Shown: in pieces, positions 42,849-43,106 of the stretch
Position numbering within the stretch: position 1 is the stretch's first letter
Layout: each line of letters opens with the position of its first letter
DNA from: an uncultured Bacillales bacterium
GTDB lineage: Bacteria; Bacillota_I; Bacilli_A; RFN20; CAG-826
Length of the DNA: 43,106 nucleotides
Reading direction: 5' to 3'
NCBI GenBank assembly: GCA_946630435.1
Contig: CAMOYS010000002.1
Coordinates: forward strand, 1 to 43,106
Position numbers and translations under genes: made by a program
Notes under the pieces: generated by a model
Seen by the model: the letters and a program-made list of their open reading frames with translations, nothing else
What the model was told of the DNA's origin: nothing
Database searches by the model: none

Positions 42849-43106
42849 CTATTTACCTCCAAAGAATAATGAAGCTGCGCCAACTTTTCCTGAATCATAA
42901 CCAAGTCTAGCTTGTTCTACCTTTATAATAGGAGCGTCTTTATAACCATAATCATGATCTTTTAAATATTTTCTAATTCGACTCAAAAGATATTCACCTT
43001 CATTAGCAACACCACCCGAAAGAACAAAGACATCAGGTCTAAAGATGTTAGCGTAATCTAAAATTCCTTCTGATAAATACATAACATAATCCGTAACTAA
43101 TTTATG
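42849..43106 (-). CDS. ROK-family sugar kinase/regulator, C-terminal part only; the gene runs off the right edge
   Basis: The C-terminus PDVFVLSGGVANEGEYLL...ARLGYDSGKVGAASL is typical of ROK glucokinases. The frame stays open upstream of the track Met to position 43106 (HKLVTDYV). Confidence 0.75.
   Translation of the reverse strand, partial: HKLVTDYVMYLSEGILDYANIFRPDVFVLSGGVANEGEYLLSRIRKYLKDHDYGYKDAPIIKVEQARLGYDSGKVGAASLFFGGK

Overview
This is a low-GC (about 30% by eye) 43.1-kb chromosomal segment. It reads cleanly with the standard genetic code: long uninterrupted ORFs, Trp as TGG, mostly TAA stops. The gene content includes a GT4 glycolipid-synthase-like gene with GtrA, a lipobox lipoprotein with an S/T/E-rich linker, many ABC systems and a flavodiiron protein. 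This fits an Acholeplasma/Erysipelotrichia-like anaerobic Firmicute or Mollicute, but that placement is inference only. I call 36 CDS; prs at the left edge and a ROK-family gene at the right edge are truncated. I also call several Rho-independent terminators, a few sigma-A-type promoters, two operator-like palindromes and one short coding tandem repeat. I saw no rRNA, tRNA, CRISPR array, transposase, integrase or phage genes. Housekeeping content is prs, gpmA, add, eno, a phosphohexomutase, an NDP-sugar pyrophosphorylase and two paralogous heterodimeric ABC exporter pairs, one under a TetR regulator. The most interesting locus is a tightly packed minus-strand operon from about 34.4 kb to 29.4 kb, continuing into sugar-nucleotide genes. 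It encodes a STAS protein, a polytopic membrane PP2C phosphatase fused to an RsbW-type serine kinase, and a RelA/SpoT-type small alarmone synthetase. Its fourth gene encodes a SpoT-type HD hydrolase fused to a second STAS-like domain and an APH-fold kinase. This is a partner-switching module with no sigma factor, and its only encoded candidate outputs are alarmone synthesis and hydrolysis. Secondary points of interest are an overlapping SWIM plus SNF2 gene pair and an envelope operon containing an unusual polytopic-domain/ABC-ATPase fusion. Others are a RimK-like/GHMP-kinase pair, a Fur/PerR-like palindrome in front of the flavodiiron gene, and a degenerate kinase-like small protein. All family calls come from motif recognition by eye. 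No database or HMM search was run.
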